Counted from the stretch's first letter, positions 27,450 through 38,192 are shown. The stretch is 64,000 nt of DNA from an uncultured Thermoleophilia bacterium (GCA_963702475.1 CAVPCT010000005.1:832001-896000), one strand, 5' to 3'. Program-made: numbers and translations. The notes: generated from the sequence alone by a model not told the origin.

Positions 27450-27947
27450 GTGGACGAACAGGCTCTCATCAGTGACGCCGTCAACGTCATCGGCGGCGGA
27501 GAGGAGATCCTCGCCGCCGCCATCTTCGGCCTCCAGGACGACTACGTGAAGCTCGCCGTGGCCGGGGTGGCCACGGGCGCGGCCACGACGGCGCTCGACG
27601 TCACCGATCCGCTCGCGGGCGGTGTCGCGTTCGGGGTCGCGACCCACGAGGCGCGGCGCCTGAACGCCGAGGGTCAGGGCCTGACCGTGCGCATGCTGGT
27701 CGCGGTCACCGCGAAAGCCATCCACATCCTCGACCGCACCGAGCTCGGAAAGACCACGTGCGAGCTCCTGCGCTTCGACCGCGCCACGACCGCCGTCCAG
27801 ATCACCAAGTTCGGCCTGAGCCGGCAGCTCAACCTGGCCGACGGGAGCGCCGGCACGAGCATCGGCCTCACCGGCTCAACGGCGATCTTCAGCCCGGAGG
27901 CCGCGGGCGACAAGCTGGTGCTGCACCTGCTGTCGGCGCAGGAGTGA
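27450..27947 (+). CDS. Hypothetical protein
   Basis: GGAGGGG RBS, GTG start, strong GC3 bias; no recognised motif. Confidence 0.7.
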   Translation: MDEQALISDAVNVIGGGEEILAAAIFGLQDDYVKLAVAGVATGAATTALDVTDPLAGGVAFGVATHEARRLNAEGQGLTVRMLVAVTAKAIHILDRTELGKTTCELLRFDRATTAVQITKFGLSRQLNLADGSAGTSIGLTGSTAIFSPEAAGDKLVLHLLSAQE

Positions 27948-28012
27948 CGCCGAGCGGCCCGCCCGCTCTGGAGCCCGTCTCGGGCGGTCAGGTCCGGCGC
28001 GCCCGATAGCCG

Positions 28013-30436
28013 TCAGTCGCGCTCGCGCCAGGCGCGGCTCTTTTCAGCGAGGTCGGCGAGCCGGTCGGCGACCAGCCGGTTCACCGTGCCGTCCGGGTAG
28101 ACGCCGTCGGGCCCCGGCTCACCCGCAGACACACCCGTGAGCACCTCGATGCCCTCGTCGATGGTGGCGATCGGGTAGATGGCGAAGGTGCCCGCCGCGA
28201 CGGCCTCCACTACGTCGTCGCGCAGCATCAGGTGCTTGACGTTGGCGCGCGGGATGAGCACGCCCTGCGTGCCCGTGAGCCCGCGCGCCCGGCACAGGTC
28301 GAAGAACCCCTCGATCTTCTCGTTGACGCCGCCGATGGCCTGGACCTCGCCGCGCTGGTCCACCGAGCCGGTGACGGCGAAGGACTGCTCGAGCGGCACC
28401 TCGGCGATGGCGGAGAGCAACGCGTACAGCTCGGTCGATGAGGCGCTGTCCCCGTCCACCCCGCCGTACGACTGCTCGAACGTGAGGCTCGCACCGAGCG
28501 AGAGCGGCCGGTCCTGCGCGAAGCGGCTGCGCAGGAAGCCGCTCAGGATGAGCACCCCCTTGGAGTGCAACGGCCCGCTCAGCTCCACCTCGCGCTCGAT
28601 GTCGACCACCTCACCCTTGCCGAGGTGCACGCTGGCGGTGATGCGGCTGGGCTGGCCGAAGCTGTAGGTGCCCAGGGCGAGCACGGAGAGGCCGTTCACC
28701 TGGCCGACACGTGTGCCCTGGGTGTCGACGTGCAGGGTCTCGCGCAGCATCATGTCGCGGACCTGCGTCTGTACGCGGTCGGCGCGACGCGCCTGCGCGT
28801 CGACGGCCTGCCGCACGTGCTCCGCGCCTACCAGCGCTGCGCCGGCCTGACGGGCCCAGTGGTCGGCCTCCACGAGCAGATCGACGATGGCCGCCATCTG
28901 CGCGGTGACGCGCTCGGAGTCGCCGGCGAGGCGTGAGGCGCGGTCGACGATGCGGCACACGGCGGCGCGCTCGAACGGGAGCAGCTCCTCCTGCCGCGTG
29001 ATGGCGGCGATGAGCCGCGCGTAGTGCGCCGTGGTGTCGTCGTCGCGCTCGAACTCGTCGTCGAAGTCGGCGGCGACCTTGAAGAGCTCGTTGAAGTCGG
29101 GGTCGGCCTGGGCGAGCAGGTAGTAGAGCTGGCGCTCGCCCATCAGGATCACCTTCACGTCCAGGGGGATCGGCTCCGGCTCGAGCGACACGGTGCTGGT
29201 GAGGTTGTGCATCTGCCCCGGCGACTCGATACGGACCTGGCGGAACTGCAGCGCCCGCTTGAGCCCTTCCCACGCGTCCGGATTGGTGAGCACCTTGCGC
29301 GCGTCGAGGATCAGGTAGCCGCCGTTGGCGCGGTGCAGCACGCCGGACTTGATCAGGGTGAAGTCGGTGAGCAGCGCGCCCATCATGGACATCTGCTCGA
29401 CCCGTCCCACCAGGTTCAGGTAGGACGGGTTGCTCTCGTAGATGACGGGCGCGCCACTCGCGCCGCTGGAGTCGACGAGCACGTTGACCCTGTAGCGACG
29501 CAGCGCCGGAGAGCGCTTGAGCGCGTCGGAGAGCGGCGGCGTGCCGTCGCCCCCGCCCTCGCCATCCTCGGCCTTCTCCTCCCCGGAGTCGAGGAACTCG
29601 GCGAGGTGGTCGTCGACGCTGCGCTTGACCGTCTCGAGGTAGGCCGTCACGTCCGGCAGGCCCTTGTACTTCTCCAGCAGGTCGTCGGCGAGGTCGTCGG
29701 CGACCACCGAGGCGACGTCCCTGTCCAGGTCGCGCAGGCGGGCGCCGAACTCGCGCTTCCAGCGCGGGAGCTGCAGCAGGACCTTCTGGAGCAGCGCCTG
29801 CAGAGCTTCCATCTCGTCCTGGAGGCCCTTGCGCTCCTCTTCGGGCAACTTGCCGAAGTCGTCGGGGGCGATGACCTCTCCGTCCTTCATCGGCGCGAAC
29901 GACAGCCCGCTGGGGGTACGCACCAGGGCGACGCTGCGCTTGTGCGCGTCGTCCTGCAGCCCGGTGAGGCGCTCCTGCTCGCGCTCGGCGAACTCCTCCT
30001 CGAGCGCGCGGCGGCGTGTGGCGTACTCCTCGCTCTCGAAGGCGGAGGAGAGGCCGCTGCGCAGGTCTTCGACGAGGCGGTCCATGTCCTGCTGCAGCTG
30101 CTTGCCCATGCCTGCCGGGAGCTTCAAGGCCCGCGGCCGCGACGGCTGCTCGAAGTCGTTGACGTAACACCAGTCGGCGGGCGGCGGCTCCGCCGCCGCC
30201 CGCCGCCCCACGTAGTGCTCGATAACGGTGTACTTGCCGGTGCCGCTGGGCCCGAGGGCGAAGATGTTGTAGCCCTGCCGCTCGATGCTGACGCCCAGCT
30301 CGATGGCGGCGATGGGCCGCTCCTGGCCGATGAACTCGACGTCCTCGCCGTCCAGGTCGACCGTGGTGGCGAAGTCCAGGCTCTCCAGCGTGCAGCGTGT
30401 GAGGAGGGCTTCGGGCGGCAGCGGCTGGACGGGCAC
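28013..30436 (-). CDS. Lon-like (LonB/LonC, peptidase S16) ATP-dependent protease
   Basis: GPSGTGK Walker A, DWCYVNDF, LHRANGGYL, FEQSYGGVDGDSAS (Ser) and GGVNEKIEGF (Lys) catalytic dyad. Confidence 0.93.
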   Translation of the reverse strand: MPVQPLPPEALLTRCTLESLDFATTVDLDGEDVEFIGQERPIAAIELGVSIERQGYNIFALGPSGTGKYTVIEHYVGRRAAAEPPPADWCYVNDFEQPSRPRALKLPAGMGKQLQQDMDRLVEDLRSGLSSAFESEEYATRRRALEEEFAEREQERLTGLQDDAHKRSVALVRTPSGLSFAPMKDGEVIAPDDFGKLPEEERKGLQDEMEALQALLQKVLLQLPRWKREFGARLRDLDRDVASVVADDLADDLLEKYKGLPDVTAYLETVKRSVDDHLAEFLDSGEEKAEDGEGGGDGTPPLSDALKRSPALRRYRVNVLVDSSGASGAPVIYESNPSYLNLVGRVEQMSMMGALLTDFTLIKSGVLHRANGGYLILDARKVLTNPDAWEGLKRALQFRQVRIESPGQMHNLTSTVSLEPEPIPLDVKVILMGERQLYYLLAQADPDFNELFKVAADFDDEFERDDDTTAHYARLIAAITRQEELLPFERAAVCRIVDRASRLAGDSERVTAQMAAIVDLLVEADHWARQAGAALVGAEHVRQAVDAQARRADRVQTQVRDMMLRETLHVDTQGTRVGQVNGLSVLALGTYSFGQPSRITASVHLGKGEVVDIEREVELSGPLHSKGVLILSGFLRSRFAQDRPLSLGASLTFEQSYGGVDGDSASSTELYALLSAIAEVPLEQSFAVTGSVDQRGEVQAIGGVNEKIEGFFDLCRARGLTGTQGVLIPRANVKHLMLRDDVVEAVAAGTFAIYPIATIDEGIEVLTGVSAGEPGPDGVYPDGTVNRLVADRLADLAEKSRAWRERD

Positions 30437-30531
30437 GGCGGGTCCTTTCCGCGAGTCCCGCGCGGGCGGGGACGATGGACGAACGGACGAGGCCATTCTA
30501 CGGCAGCACCGGGGCCGGCGGCGGAGGTACC

Positions 30532-31395
30532 ATGGTCGGGATGAGGCACACGCTGCAAGCTCTGCTCTTCGACGTCGACGGCACCCTGGCCGACACCGAG
30601 CGCACGGGCCATCTGCCCGCCTTCAACGAAGCGTTCGCCGCCACGGGACTCGACTGGCGCTGGTCGCCGGAGCTGTACGCGGAGCTGCTCGCGGTCAGCG
30701 GCGGCCGCGAACGCATCGTGGAGTACCTGCGCGCCCACCGGCCCGACGTCGCCCTCGATGCGGAGACGGAGGACCTGGTCGCGCGGCTGCACGCGGAGAA
30801 GAACCGGCGCTACGCGGCGGCGATGGCCGACGGCCGGATCCCCGTGCGGCCGGGGGTGACTCGGCTCCTCGAGGAGGCCGCTGCAGAGGGGCTGCGGCTG
30901 GCCATCGTGACGACGACGTCCCCCGAGAACGTCGACGCCCTGCTCGCGCACGGGCTGGGCGCCGGCGCGGGCGACCGGTTCGAGGCGCTCGTGGCCGGCG
31001 ACGCGGTGGCGGCCAAGAAGCCGGCGCCGGACGCGTACCTCCTCGCTCTGGAGCTGCTCCGGCTGGATCCCCGGGACTGCCTCGCGGTGGAGGACTCAGG
31101 CAACGGCCTGCAGGCCGCGCTGGCGGCCGGCGTGCCCACCCTGGTCACCGTGAGCGAGTTCGCCGCGCAGGACGACTTCAGCGGCGCGGCGGCCGTGGTG
31201 GACGGCCTCGGCGAGCCCGGCGAGCCGGCCCGCGTGCTCGCCGGGGACCTGGGCGGCGCCTTCGTCGGCGGCGCCTTCGTCGGCGGCGCCGGCTTCGTCG
31301 ACGTCGCCGCGCTGCGCGCCCTGCACGCCCGCGCCCAGCCGGCTACTGCCGGCGAAAAGCCAGGGTCGCCAGGACGCCGCACACGACGGCGATAG
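30532..31395 (+). CDS. cbbY: HAD-IA hydrolase, CbbY-like
   Basis: FDVDGTLADTERTGHLPAFN, GGRER, KKPAPDAY, VEDSGNG. Confidence 0.88.
   Translation: MVGMRHTLQALLFDVDGTLADTERTGHLPAFNEAFAATGLDWRWSPELYAELLAVSGGRERIVEYLRAHRPDVALDAETEDLVARLHAEKNRRYAAAMADGRIPVRPGVTRLLEEAAAEGLRLAIVTTTSPENVDALLAHGLGAGAGDRFEALVAGDAVAAKKPAPDAYLLALELLRLDPRDCLAVEDSGNGLQAALAAGVPTLVTVSEFAAQDDFSGAAAVVDGLGEPGEPARVLAGDLGGAFVGGAFVGGAGFVDVAALRALHARAQPATAGEKPGSPGRRTRRR
31252..31290 (+). repeat. 15-bp in-frame tandem repeat (GGAFV x2.6) within cbbY
   Basis: GGCGGCGCCTTCGTC x2 plus GGCGGCGCC. Confidence 0.8.
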
Positions 31396-32104
31396 CGGCG
31401 AGCACCCCGAGCTGCGCGAAGTTCCAGCCGTACCCCAGCCAGGGGTCCTGGATGGCGACGACCGCGTGCGTGAGCGGCAAGGCGTCGGCGATGTGGTTCA
31501 TGGTCGAGGTCATGACCTCGCGCGGCGGGCCCGTGCCCGACAGCATGAGCATGACGATGAAGAGCAGGACGCCGGCGCCCTGGGCGGCGCGCGGCGACGG
31601 CATCACGGCGCCGAGCAGCACGCCGATGGCGGCGAACGCGGCGACGCAGAAGAGAAAGGCCAGCGCCGCCCCGGCCCAGTCGACCGGCGCGGCGAGGTCG
31701 TAGACCGCATACGCCGCGCCCACCACCAGCAGGCCGCCGATGGCCGAGAGCACGGCCTGCACAGCGACCTGCGCACCGAACACCGTCCACGCGGGGATAG
31801 AGGCGGCGCGGAGGCGCCGCAGCACCCCGCGCTCCCGGTACGACGCGAGGTGCGCCGGGATCATGATGAGCCCGACGGCCGCGGCGGCCAGGGCGACGTA
31901 ACCTGGCGCGTAGTAGCTGATCGGGGACTGGCCTCGCCAGGGCACGAGCCCGTTGGGTGCCGGCTCGGTGCTCGGCGCGCTGCCGAACACCTCGGCCAGC
32001 ACGAACAGCATGACGAGCGGGAACCCGAAGGCGAACACCACCGTCAGCGGTTCGCGCAGGAAGAGCTTCAACTCCCCCCAGGTCATGGTGCGCCACAGCC
32101 TCAT
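31343..32104 (-). CDS. ABC-2 type exporter permease
   Basis: ELKLFLREP, YRERGVLRRLRA, six hydrophobic segments, LPLTH. Confidence 0.9.
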   Translation of the reverse strand: MRLWRTMTWGELKLFLREPLTVVFAFGFPLVMLFVLAEVFGSAPSTEPAPNGLVPWRGQSPISYYAPGYVALAAAAVGLIMIPAHLASYRERGVLRRLRAASIPAWTVFGAQVAVQAVLSAIGGLLVVGAAYAVYDLAAPVDWAGAALAFLFCVAAFAAIGVLLGAVMPSPRAAQGAGVLLFIVMLMLSGTGPPREVMTSTMNHIADALPLTHAVVAIQDPWLGYGWNFAQLGVLAAIAVVCGVLATLAFRRQ

Positions 32105-32109
32105 GCCGG

Positions 32110-33015
32110 TCACTCCAGCCCGTGTCCGGTGAGCTTGAGGAAGGTCTCCTCGAGGGTCGGCCGCTCGGTCTGCAGATCCAGCGGCGCGAGCCCACGCTCC
32201 AGCAGCGCCGCGGCGACGTGGTTGAGCACCGGACCCTCGCCGAGCACCTCGACCCATGCGCCGTGGCGGTCCACGGCGCGCACGACCGGCAGATCGGCGA
32301 GCCACGCGAAGTCGCCCTCCGCCGTGAACGTCACCCGCACCTCGCCGGCATTGGCCGCGACCAGCCGGGCCGGCGTGTCCAGAGCCACGACGAGGCCCTT
32401 GTCCATGACCGCCACGCGGTCGCAGAGGCGGTCAGCCTCGTCCATGAAGTGAGTGACCAGGACGACCGTGGTGCCGCGGTCGCGGATGCGCTCGATGAGG
32501 CCCCAGCTCGTGCGCCGCGCGGCAGGGTCCAGGCCGGTGGTCATCTCGTCCAGAAAGACGACCTCGGGGTCCGTGACCAGCGCCAGCGCCACCAGCAGCC
32601 GCTGGCGCTGCCCCCCGGACAGGCTGCCGAACGCCGCCTTGCGCTTCTCCGTGAGGCCCCACTCCTCCATCAGGAGGGTGTAGTCGACACGGCGCGGCGC
32701 GGCGGCCGCGAACAGGTGAAGCACCTCCCACACCTTCATGCGCTCGGGTAGGTGCGACTCCTGGAGCTGGCAGCCGACGCGGCCGCGCAGCTGCTCGGGG
32801 TGGGCGAGCGGGTCGACGCCGAGGACCTGCACGGCGCCGCCGTCCGGTCGGCGCAGCCCCTCCAGGCACTCGACCGTGGTGGTCTTGCCGGCGCCGTTGG
32901 AGCCGAGCACGCCGAAGATCTCACCGCGGCGCACCGCGAAGGAGACATCCTGCACCGCGACCGTGTCGCCGTAGGCCTTGTGCAGGTGGTCGACGACGAC
33001 CACGGCGTCGGACAT
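32110..33015 (-). CDS. ABC exporter ATP-binding protein
   Basis: GSNGAGKTT, LSGGQRQR, FLDEMTTGLD, VTH. Confidence 0.95.
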   Translation of the reverse strand: MSDAVVVVDHLHKAYGDTVAVQDVSFAVRRGEIFGVLGSNGAGKTTTVECLEGLRRPDGGAVQVLGVDPLAHPEQLRGRVGCQLQESHLPERMKVWEVLHLFAAAAPRRVDYTLLMEEWGLTEKRKAAFGSLSGGQRQRLLVALALVTDPEVVFLDEMTTGLDPAARRTSWGLIERIRDRGTTVVLVTHFMDEADRLCDRVAVMDKGLVVALDTPARLVAANAGEVRVTFTAEGDFAWLADLPVVRAVDRHGAWVEVLGEGPVLNHVAAALLERGLAPLDLQTERPTLEETFLKLTGHGLE

Positions 33016-33090
33016 GGGCGGACGGCTCCCCTCTCCCCTCACGGACGGGGACCAGTCTGCCACCCCACGCCGGTCCGTCAAGGGCAGACG

Positions 33091-34338
33091 TCAGCGCGCG
33101 CCGGCGGTCTCGAGCACGCAGCCCAGCAGCACATCGGCGCCGGCCGTGCAGTCCTCCCAGCGGGTGGCCTCCACCTCCACGTGGCTGCGGCCGCCGACGC
33201 TGGGCACGAAGACCATGGCCGTGGGGCCGGCCATGGCTGCGTAGCTCGCGTCGTGGCCGGCCCCGCTCACCATCGGCAGGACCGGGTGGCCGAGGCGTGC
33301 GGCTGTGGCGTCGACCAGCTCGACGAGACGCGCGTCGAACTCGGTGTGCCCGACGCGCCAGGTGACGTCCGCGCGCAGCTCGCAGCCGTGGTGCGCGGCC
33401 GCAGCGGCGAAGCCGGCGTTCATCTCCTCCCAGGCGCGACGTGCAAGCTCGTCGTCCCAGGAGCGGACGTCCACCGTGAAGGCCGTCTCGCTCGGGATCA
33501 CGTTGCGCGAGTTCGGCCGGTTGTGGAGCTCGCCGACGGTGGCGACCAGGCCGTCGCCGTACCGAACGCCCGAGCCGCGGACGATGCCGATCATCTCCGC
33601 CGCCGCGGCCAGGGAGTCGCGACGTCCCTCCATGGGCGTCGACCCGACATGGTCGGCCGCGCCGCGCACTGCGACGTCGTACCAGTGCAGGCACACGACG
33701 CCGCGCGGCACGCCGATGGTCGCGCCCTCGCGCTCGAGGCGCGGCCCCTGTTCGATGTGGAGCTCGAAGTAGGCGTGGAACGGCGCAGCGCGGCAAGGCA
33801 GGTCGCCGCGGTAGCCGATGCGGGCGAGCTCGTCGCCGAGGCGCGCGCCCGCGGCGTCCGCGCGCGCCCACGCCCAGTCGCGCTCGAGCCTGCCGGCCCA
33901 GACGCCGGAGGCCACCATGGCCGGCGAGAAGCGCGACCCCTCCTCGTTGGTCCAGTCGACGAGCACCAGCGGACGCTCGGTCTCGACGCCGCGGTCGACG
34001 AGCGTGCGCAGCACCTCGAGGGCGCCCATCACACCGAGCGCGCCGTCGAAGCGCCCGCCCAGGGGTTGCGAGTCCAGATGGGAACCCATGAGCACCGGCG
34101 CGAGGTCGTCGTCCCTCCCCGCCCGCCGCCCGAAGACGTTGCCCATCTCGTCGACCGCGACGGCCAGGCCCAGCTCGCCCAGCCAGGCGACGAGGAGGTC
34201 GCGTGCGCGCCTGTCGTCGTCGCTCAGGGCGAGCCGTGTGACGCCGCCGCCCGGCGTCGCGCCGATCCGCGCCATCGCCTCAAGGCTGCGCCGCAGGCGG
34301 GCACCGTCGACGCGCAGCGCCTCCAGCCTCGGATCCAC
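33091..34338 (-). CDS. M20 Zn-dependent amidohydrolase (N-carbamoyl-amino acid/allantoate amidohydrolase family)
   Basis: GSHLDSQPLGGRFDG, WTNEEGSRF, ELHIEQGP, SGAGHDA, GRSH. Confidence 0.93.
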   Translation of the reverse strand: MDPRLEALRVDGARLRRSLEAMARIGATPGGGVTRLALSDDDRRARDLLVAWLGELGLAVAVDEMGNVFGRRAGRDDDLAPVLMGSHLDSQPLGGRFDGALGVMGALEVLRTLVDRGVETERPLVLVDWTNEEGSRFSPAMVASGVWAGRLERDWAWARADAAGARLGDELARIGYRGDLPCRAAPFHAYFELHIEQGPRLEREGATIGVPRGVVCLHWYDVAVRGAADHVGSTPMEGRRDSLAAAAEMIGIVRGSGVRYGDGLVATVGELHNRPNSRNVIPSETAFTVDVRSWDDELARRAWEEMNAGFAAAAAHHGCELRADVTWRVGHTEFDARLVELVDATAARLGHPVLPMVSGAGHDASYAAMAGPTAMVFVPSVGGRSHVEVEATRWEDCTAGADVLLGCVLETAGAR

Positions 34339-34564
34339 GAGCCCTCCTCACGCAGGTTCGGCCGGCCACGCCGGTCGCACGTCCTCGCCCTTTCGGACAG
34401 CGGCGCCGGGCGGCTGCCCGGTCGCCGTCAGCTTACGGCACGTGCGCCGGCAGCCCCAGGCCGGCGTGAAGAGGGCGTTGGCACGTTGGCTGCCGACCGC
34501 CGTCAGGTCGGCGATCGCCTGCGCCTGATCGGTCGCATGGAGCGACACAGCAGTGGCCTCCGGT

Positions 34565-35386
34565 TCAGAGCGACCCGGCCAGCGCCTCGCCCGACGCGAT
34601 GGCCGCGCTCCACTGGCCGCCGCACGTGAGCCCGCCATCCACGACCAGCGAGGCTCCGTTGATGAAGCTCGAGTCGTCCGAGGCCAGCCACAGAGCGGCG
34701 TTCGCGATATCCGGGGGCCGCCCGGCGCGGCGGATCGGCTGGTTCCGGGCGAAGGCCGTTCCAAGCGTCGCCATCAGCTCCGCCTCCTCCGCCTGGTGGC
34801 CGGTGGCGCTCGCGAAGATGGGCGTCACGATACCTCCGGGGCAGATGCAGTTGACACGCACACCGCTCTCGCCCAGCTCGGTGGCGACCACCCTCGTCAG
34901 GCCGATGACGGCCGACTTGGCGGCCGAGTAGACGTGACCGCCGTTGCCCGCGAGTACGCCGGCCACACTCGCCGTGTTGATGATGCTGCCGGACCCCTGC
35001 CGCTTCATGACCGGGGCGGCGTGCTTCATGCCCAGGAAGACGCCGCCCAGGTCGATTGCCATGATGCGCTGGAAGTCGGCCATGCCGATCTGCTCCAGCG
35101 GGATGAAGTCCTGGCCGATGCCGGCGTTGTTGAAGATGCAGTCGAGCCGCCCGAAGGATGAGACGGCGAGGTCCACTGCCGCCTTCACATCGTCCTCCGC
35201 GGACACATCGGTACGGGCGTACACGGCCGCGTCGCCCAGTGATGCGGCCAGGGCCGCTCCCTTGTCATCCTGGAGGTCCGCCACGACGACCTTGCAGCCC
35301 TCCTGCACGAACATCCTGACCGTCGCCTCACCGATGCCGCTGGCGCCGCCCGTGATCACCGCGACCTTGCCGTCGAGCCGGCCCAT
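34565..35386 (-). CDS. Short-chain dehydrogenase/reductase
   Basis: TGGASGIG, NNAG, YSAAK, VNCICPG, VDGG. Confidence 0.94.
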   Translation of the reverse strand: MGRLDGKVAVITGGASGIGEATVRMFVQEGCKVVVADLQDDKGAALAASLGDAAVYARTDVSAEDDVKAAVDLAVSSFGRLDCIFNNAGIGQDFIPLEQIGMADFQRIMAIDLGGVFLGMKHAAPVMKRQGSGSIINTASVAGVLAGNGGHVYSAAKSAVIGLTRVVATELGESGVRVNCICPGGIVTPIFASATGHQAEEAELMATLGTAFARNQPIRRAGRPPDIANAALWLASDDSSFINGASLVVDGGLTCGGQWSAAIASGEALAGSL

Positions 35387-35467
35387 GTGACTACCCCCGT
35401 CTCTCGTTCAGCAAAGCCCCCGCAGGAGAGCCCTCCCGGTGTCGGCCACAGCGGCCCGCACCGGCGC

Positions 35468-36930
35468 TCACGGCATCTGCGCCGGCAGTCCCTTCGCCAG
35501 ATCGTAGATGGCGGAGGCGCGCTCGTTCGAGAACGCGGTCAGCAGGGCGATCGCCTGTTGCTTGTCCGTGGACCAGAGCCCCGCGGCCACACACTCCACG
35601 CCGGCCGCCTGGACCAGCGTCTGTGCGTAGAAACCGTCGTAGGCGCCGCGCACCAGGCCGATGTAGTGCTTGTAGCGGAGCTCGCCGCCCACCGTGCCCG
35701 GCTCGTCGAGACTGTCGGCGACCTTCTTGAAGGCACGGAACGCCGTCTTGTCGCTCCACTCAGCCGGGACGCTGGACGATGCAGCAGTAGAACGGCGTGA
35801 GCCCGCTCGAACAGGCACGCGACGGCGCGTACCACATCACGCCGCCCACGCCGTTGGGCAGCCACTTGCGCGACTGGAAGACCACCGAGTAGTCGTTGTC
35901 GCCGCAACAGATGGGCCGGTTCGTCATCTCGTGCGGACTCATGAGCGTGTAGCCCTCGGTCTGGTCGAGCTCGGTGTCCTCGTAGTGGTAGCGGTTGATC
36001 GCGATGAGGCGCGCGACGTCGAGCTTGGCGTCTGCGGCGGAGAACACGGGCCGCGGTCTCGTAAGGCATGGACACGTCGAAGGCCTGGGACGGCGAAAGC
36101 AGGTGCGCGGCGCCCCACAGACGGTTGGTGTTGTACCAGTCCACCAGATCGGCGCGGTCGCCGTAGGCCCACGCGACGTCAAAGGGGCCGGCGGCCGGGT
36201 CGTACAGGCCGAGACCCTGCGCGAACGAGACGAGGTCCGCGGAGCCGCGGAAGTTGTCCGGGTCGCTGAGGTCGACCTGACGGATGCGCGGCATGTTGGG
36301 CTGGGCGAAGTACATGCTGTCGGGCACGCGGGCCGCCACCCAGTGGTGACCGCCGAGGAGCTCGAACACCCAAGCCTCCCTCTGGTCGGTCATGCCGAAG
36401 CTGCCGGCGGCGTTGCCGCTGAAGCCGATGGTGTCCGCCCACTCCTGCAGCTGGTCGAGCGCATCACGACAGTTGGCCGATCCTGCCAGGAGCAGGTCCC
36501 ACATCTCCTTGCCGACGCCCTTCTTCGGGTAGGGGTCCGCCTCCTCGACGAGCGGGTTGAGGCTGGTGGCGACGCCGTAGCAGGCGGCGAACTGACGCGT
36601 GTTCATCCCGCCTTCGGGATAGTCGCCCTTGGCGTTGATCTTCACGAACCCGAACGTGTCCGGCGTGTCCGGGACGATGACGATCGACTGGTAGTTGTTC
36701 GGCGCCCAGTCGTTGTTGTAGCTCATGAGCACCGAGCCGTCGGTGGTGGCTTTCTTGCCTGCCATCACGTACATGCACTGCTGGTGCGGCGAGTCGGCGG
36801 ACGCGGACGCTGCGGAGGGCGGCGGGTCCGCGGCGCCGGCGTGCCACGCGACGGCGGAGCCCGCGACGGCCGCCACGACGAGCAGCAGGATCAGGAGCAG
36901 GACGAGCGGTCTGCGTACGAGCGGTCTCAT
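35468..36930 (-). pseudogene. Secreted C69-family dipeptidase with two apparent +1 frameshifts (about 36054 and 35777); possibly intact in vivo
   Basis: Signal peptide, Ntn nucleophile QQCMYVMAGKKATTDGS, GGHHWVAARVPD; the product continues through three consecutive frames (RYHYEDT...RPIC; SVPAEWSDK). Confidence 0.8.
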
Positions 36931-37148
36931 GCCGGTACCTCCCCTTCGTGTTCCGGCCACCGCCCCCCTCCGAAAGCGGTGACCAGCCAGGCTACGGTTC
37001 GGCTATCGGATTCGCCATGAGAGCCTTGAGTCCGCTGTGTTGTCTGCGCTGACGGGCCGACGGGTGGGCGGGCGGGGGAAGCGGATGCCGAAAGACGGGG
37101 CACAGACCGCAGGGACCGGACCTGCGACCGGGACGCCGCGCCCGCCGG

Positions 37149-38192
37149 TCAGCGACGCACGAGGCCGAGGCGCGCGAGGCTCTCCGCGGTGGCGACGACC
37201 GCCTCCTCACGGGGGCGCGGCGACCAGCCGAGCACGCGCCGCGCCTGCTCGCTCGACACGTACTTCACCTCGCCCAGCTCCGGGCCTATCTGTGCGACCG
37301 ACTTGTCCGACAGGGCGAAGATGCGGACGATCCAGTCCGGAAGCTTTCTGGTGGGAACGTGCCGGGCGGCCTCGCCCAGGTGTGTCTTCAGGAGCACGGC
37401 GATGTCGTGCATGCTCAAGGGATCGCCGGCCGCGGCGATGAAGCGCTCGCCGGCCGCGGCCGGATCGGTCATGGCGCGCAGGTGCAGGTCCGCGACGTCG
37501 CGCGCGTCCACGAAGGCGAACGAGAGCCGCGGCGTGCCGGCGATGCTCCCGTCCAGCAGGCGGCGGACCACCTCGATGGAGGCGGACGTCTGCCGCCCGA
37601 ACACCGGGCCGAGCACGCCCACCGGGTTGACGACGGCCAGCTCCATGCCGCCGCCCTCCCTCGCGACGAAGTCCCTCGCCGCCAGCTCCGCCAGTGTCTT
37701 GGACTTGACGTACGCCGTCGGGGCACGCTCCGGGTCGGTCCAGTCGTCCTCGGTGAACGGGCGAGCGGCGGGACGCGCACCCTGCCCCTACCCGACCGCC
37801 GCGAACGACGATGTCTGCACCACCCGGCGCACGCCGGCGTCGCGCGCCGCGCGCAGCACGCGGAGGGCGCTCTCGCGCGCGGGGACCACGAGGTCGTCCT
37901 CGTGCTTCGGGATCCCGGTCGGGAACGGCGAGGATACGTGAAGCACGTGAGAGACGCCGGCCGCGGCCGCGGCCCAGCCCTCATCACGGGTGAGGTCGGC
38001 GGCGACCACGGTGAGGCGGCCGTCGGGCTCCCCTCCCCCGATGCGCAGCTGGTGCCGTACCCGCGCCTCGCAGTCGGGCGAACGCACCGTGGTCCGTGCC
38101 GCGTAGCCGGCGTTCAGCAGGCTGAGGATGCAGTGGGACGCGACGAAGCCCGTGCCGCCGGTGACCAGCACGAGCGCGCCGGCGCCGGTCAC
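37149..38192 (-). pseudogene. NAD-dependent epimerase/aldehyde reductase (extended SDR) with an in-frame TAG at 37788-37790
   Basis: VTGGTGFVA, HVSSP, TSSFAAVG*G (normally AVGYG), YVKSKTLAE, VNPVGVLGP, VDARDVA; both halves are in one frame (348 codons). Confidence 0.82.

Noticed and set aside
30532-31395. Calvin-cycle locus suggested by cbbY
   Set aside because: No RuBisCO or phosphoribulokinase in the window; CbbY-like HADs are widespread.
34478-34493. Sigma54-like TTGGCACGTTGGCTGC
   Set aside because: It points antisense into the SDR gene, the -12 element is imperfect and no enhancer-binding protein is nearby.
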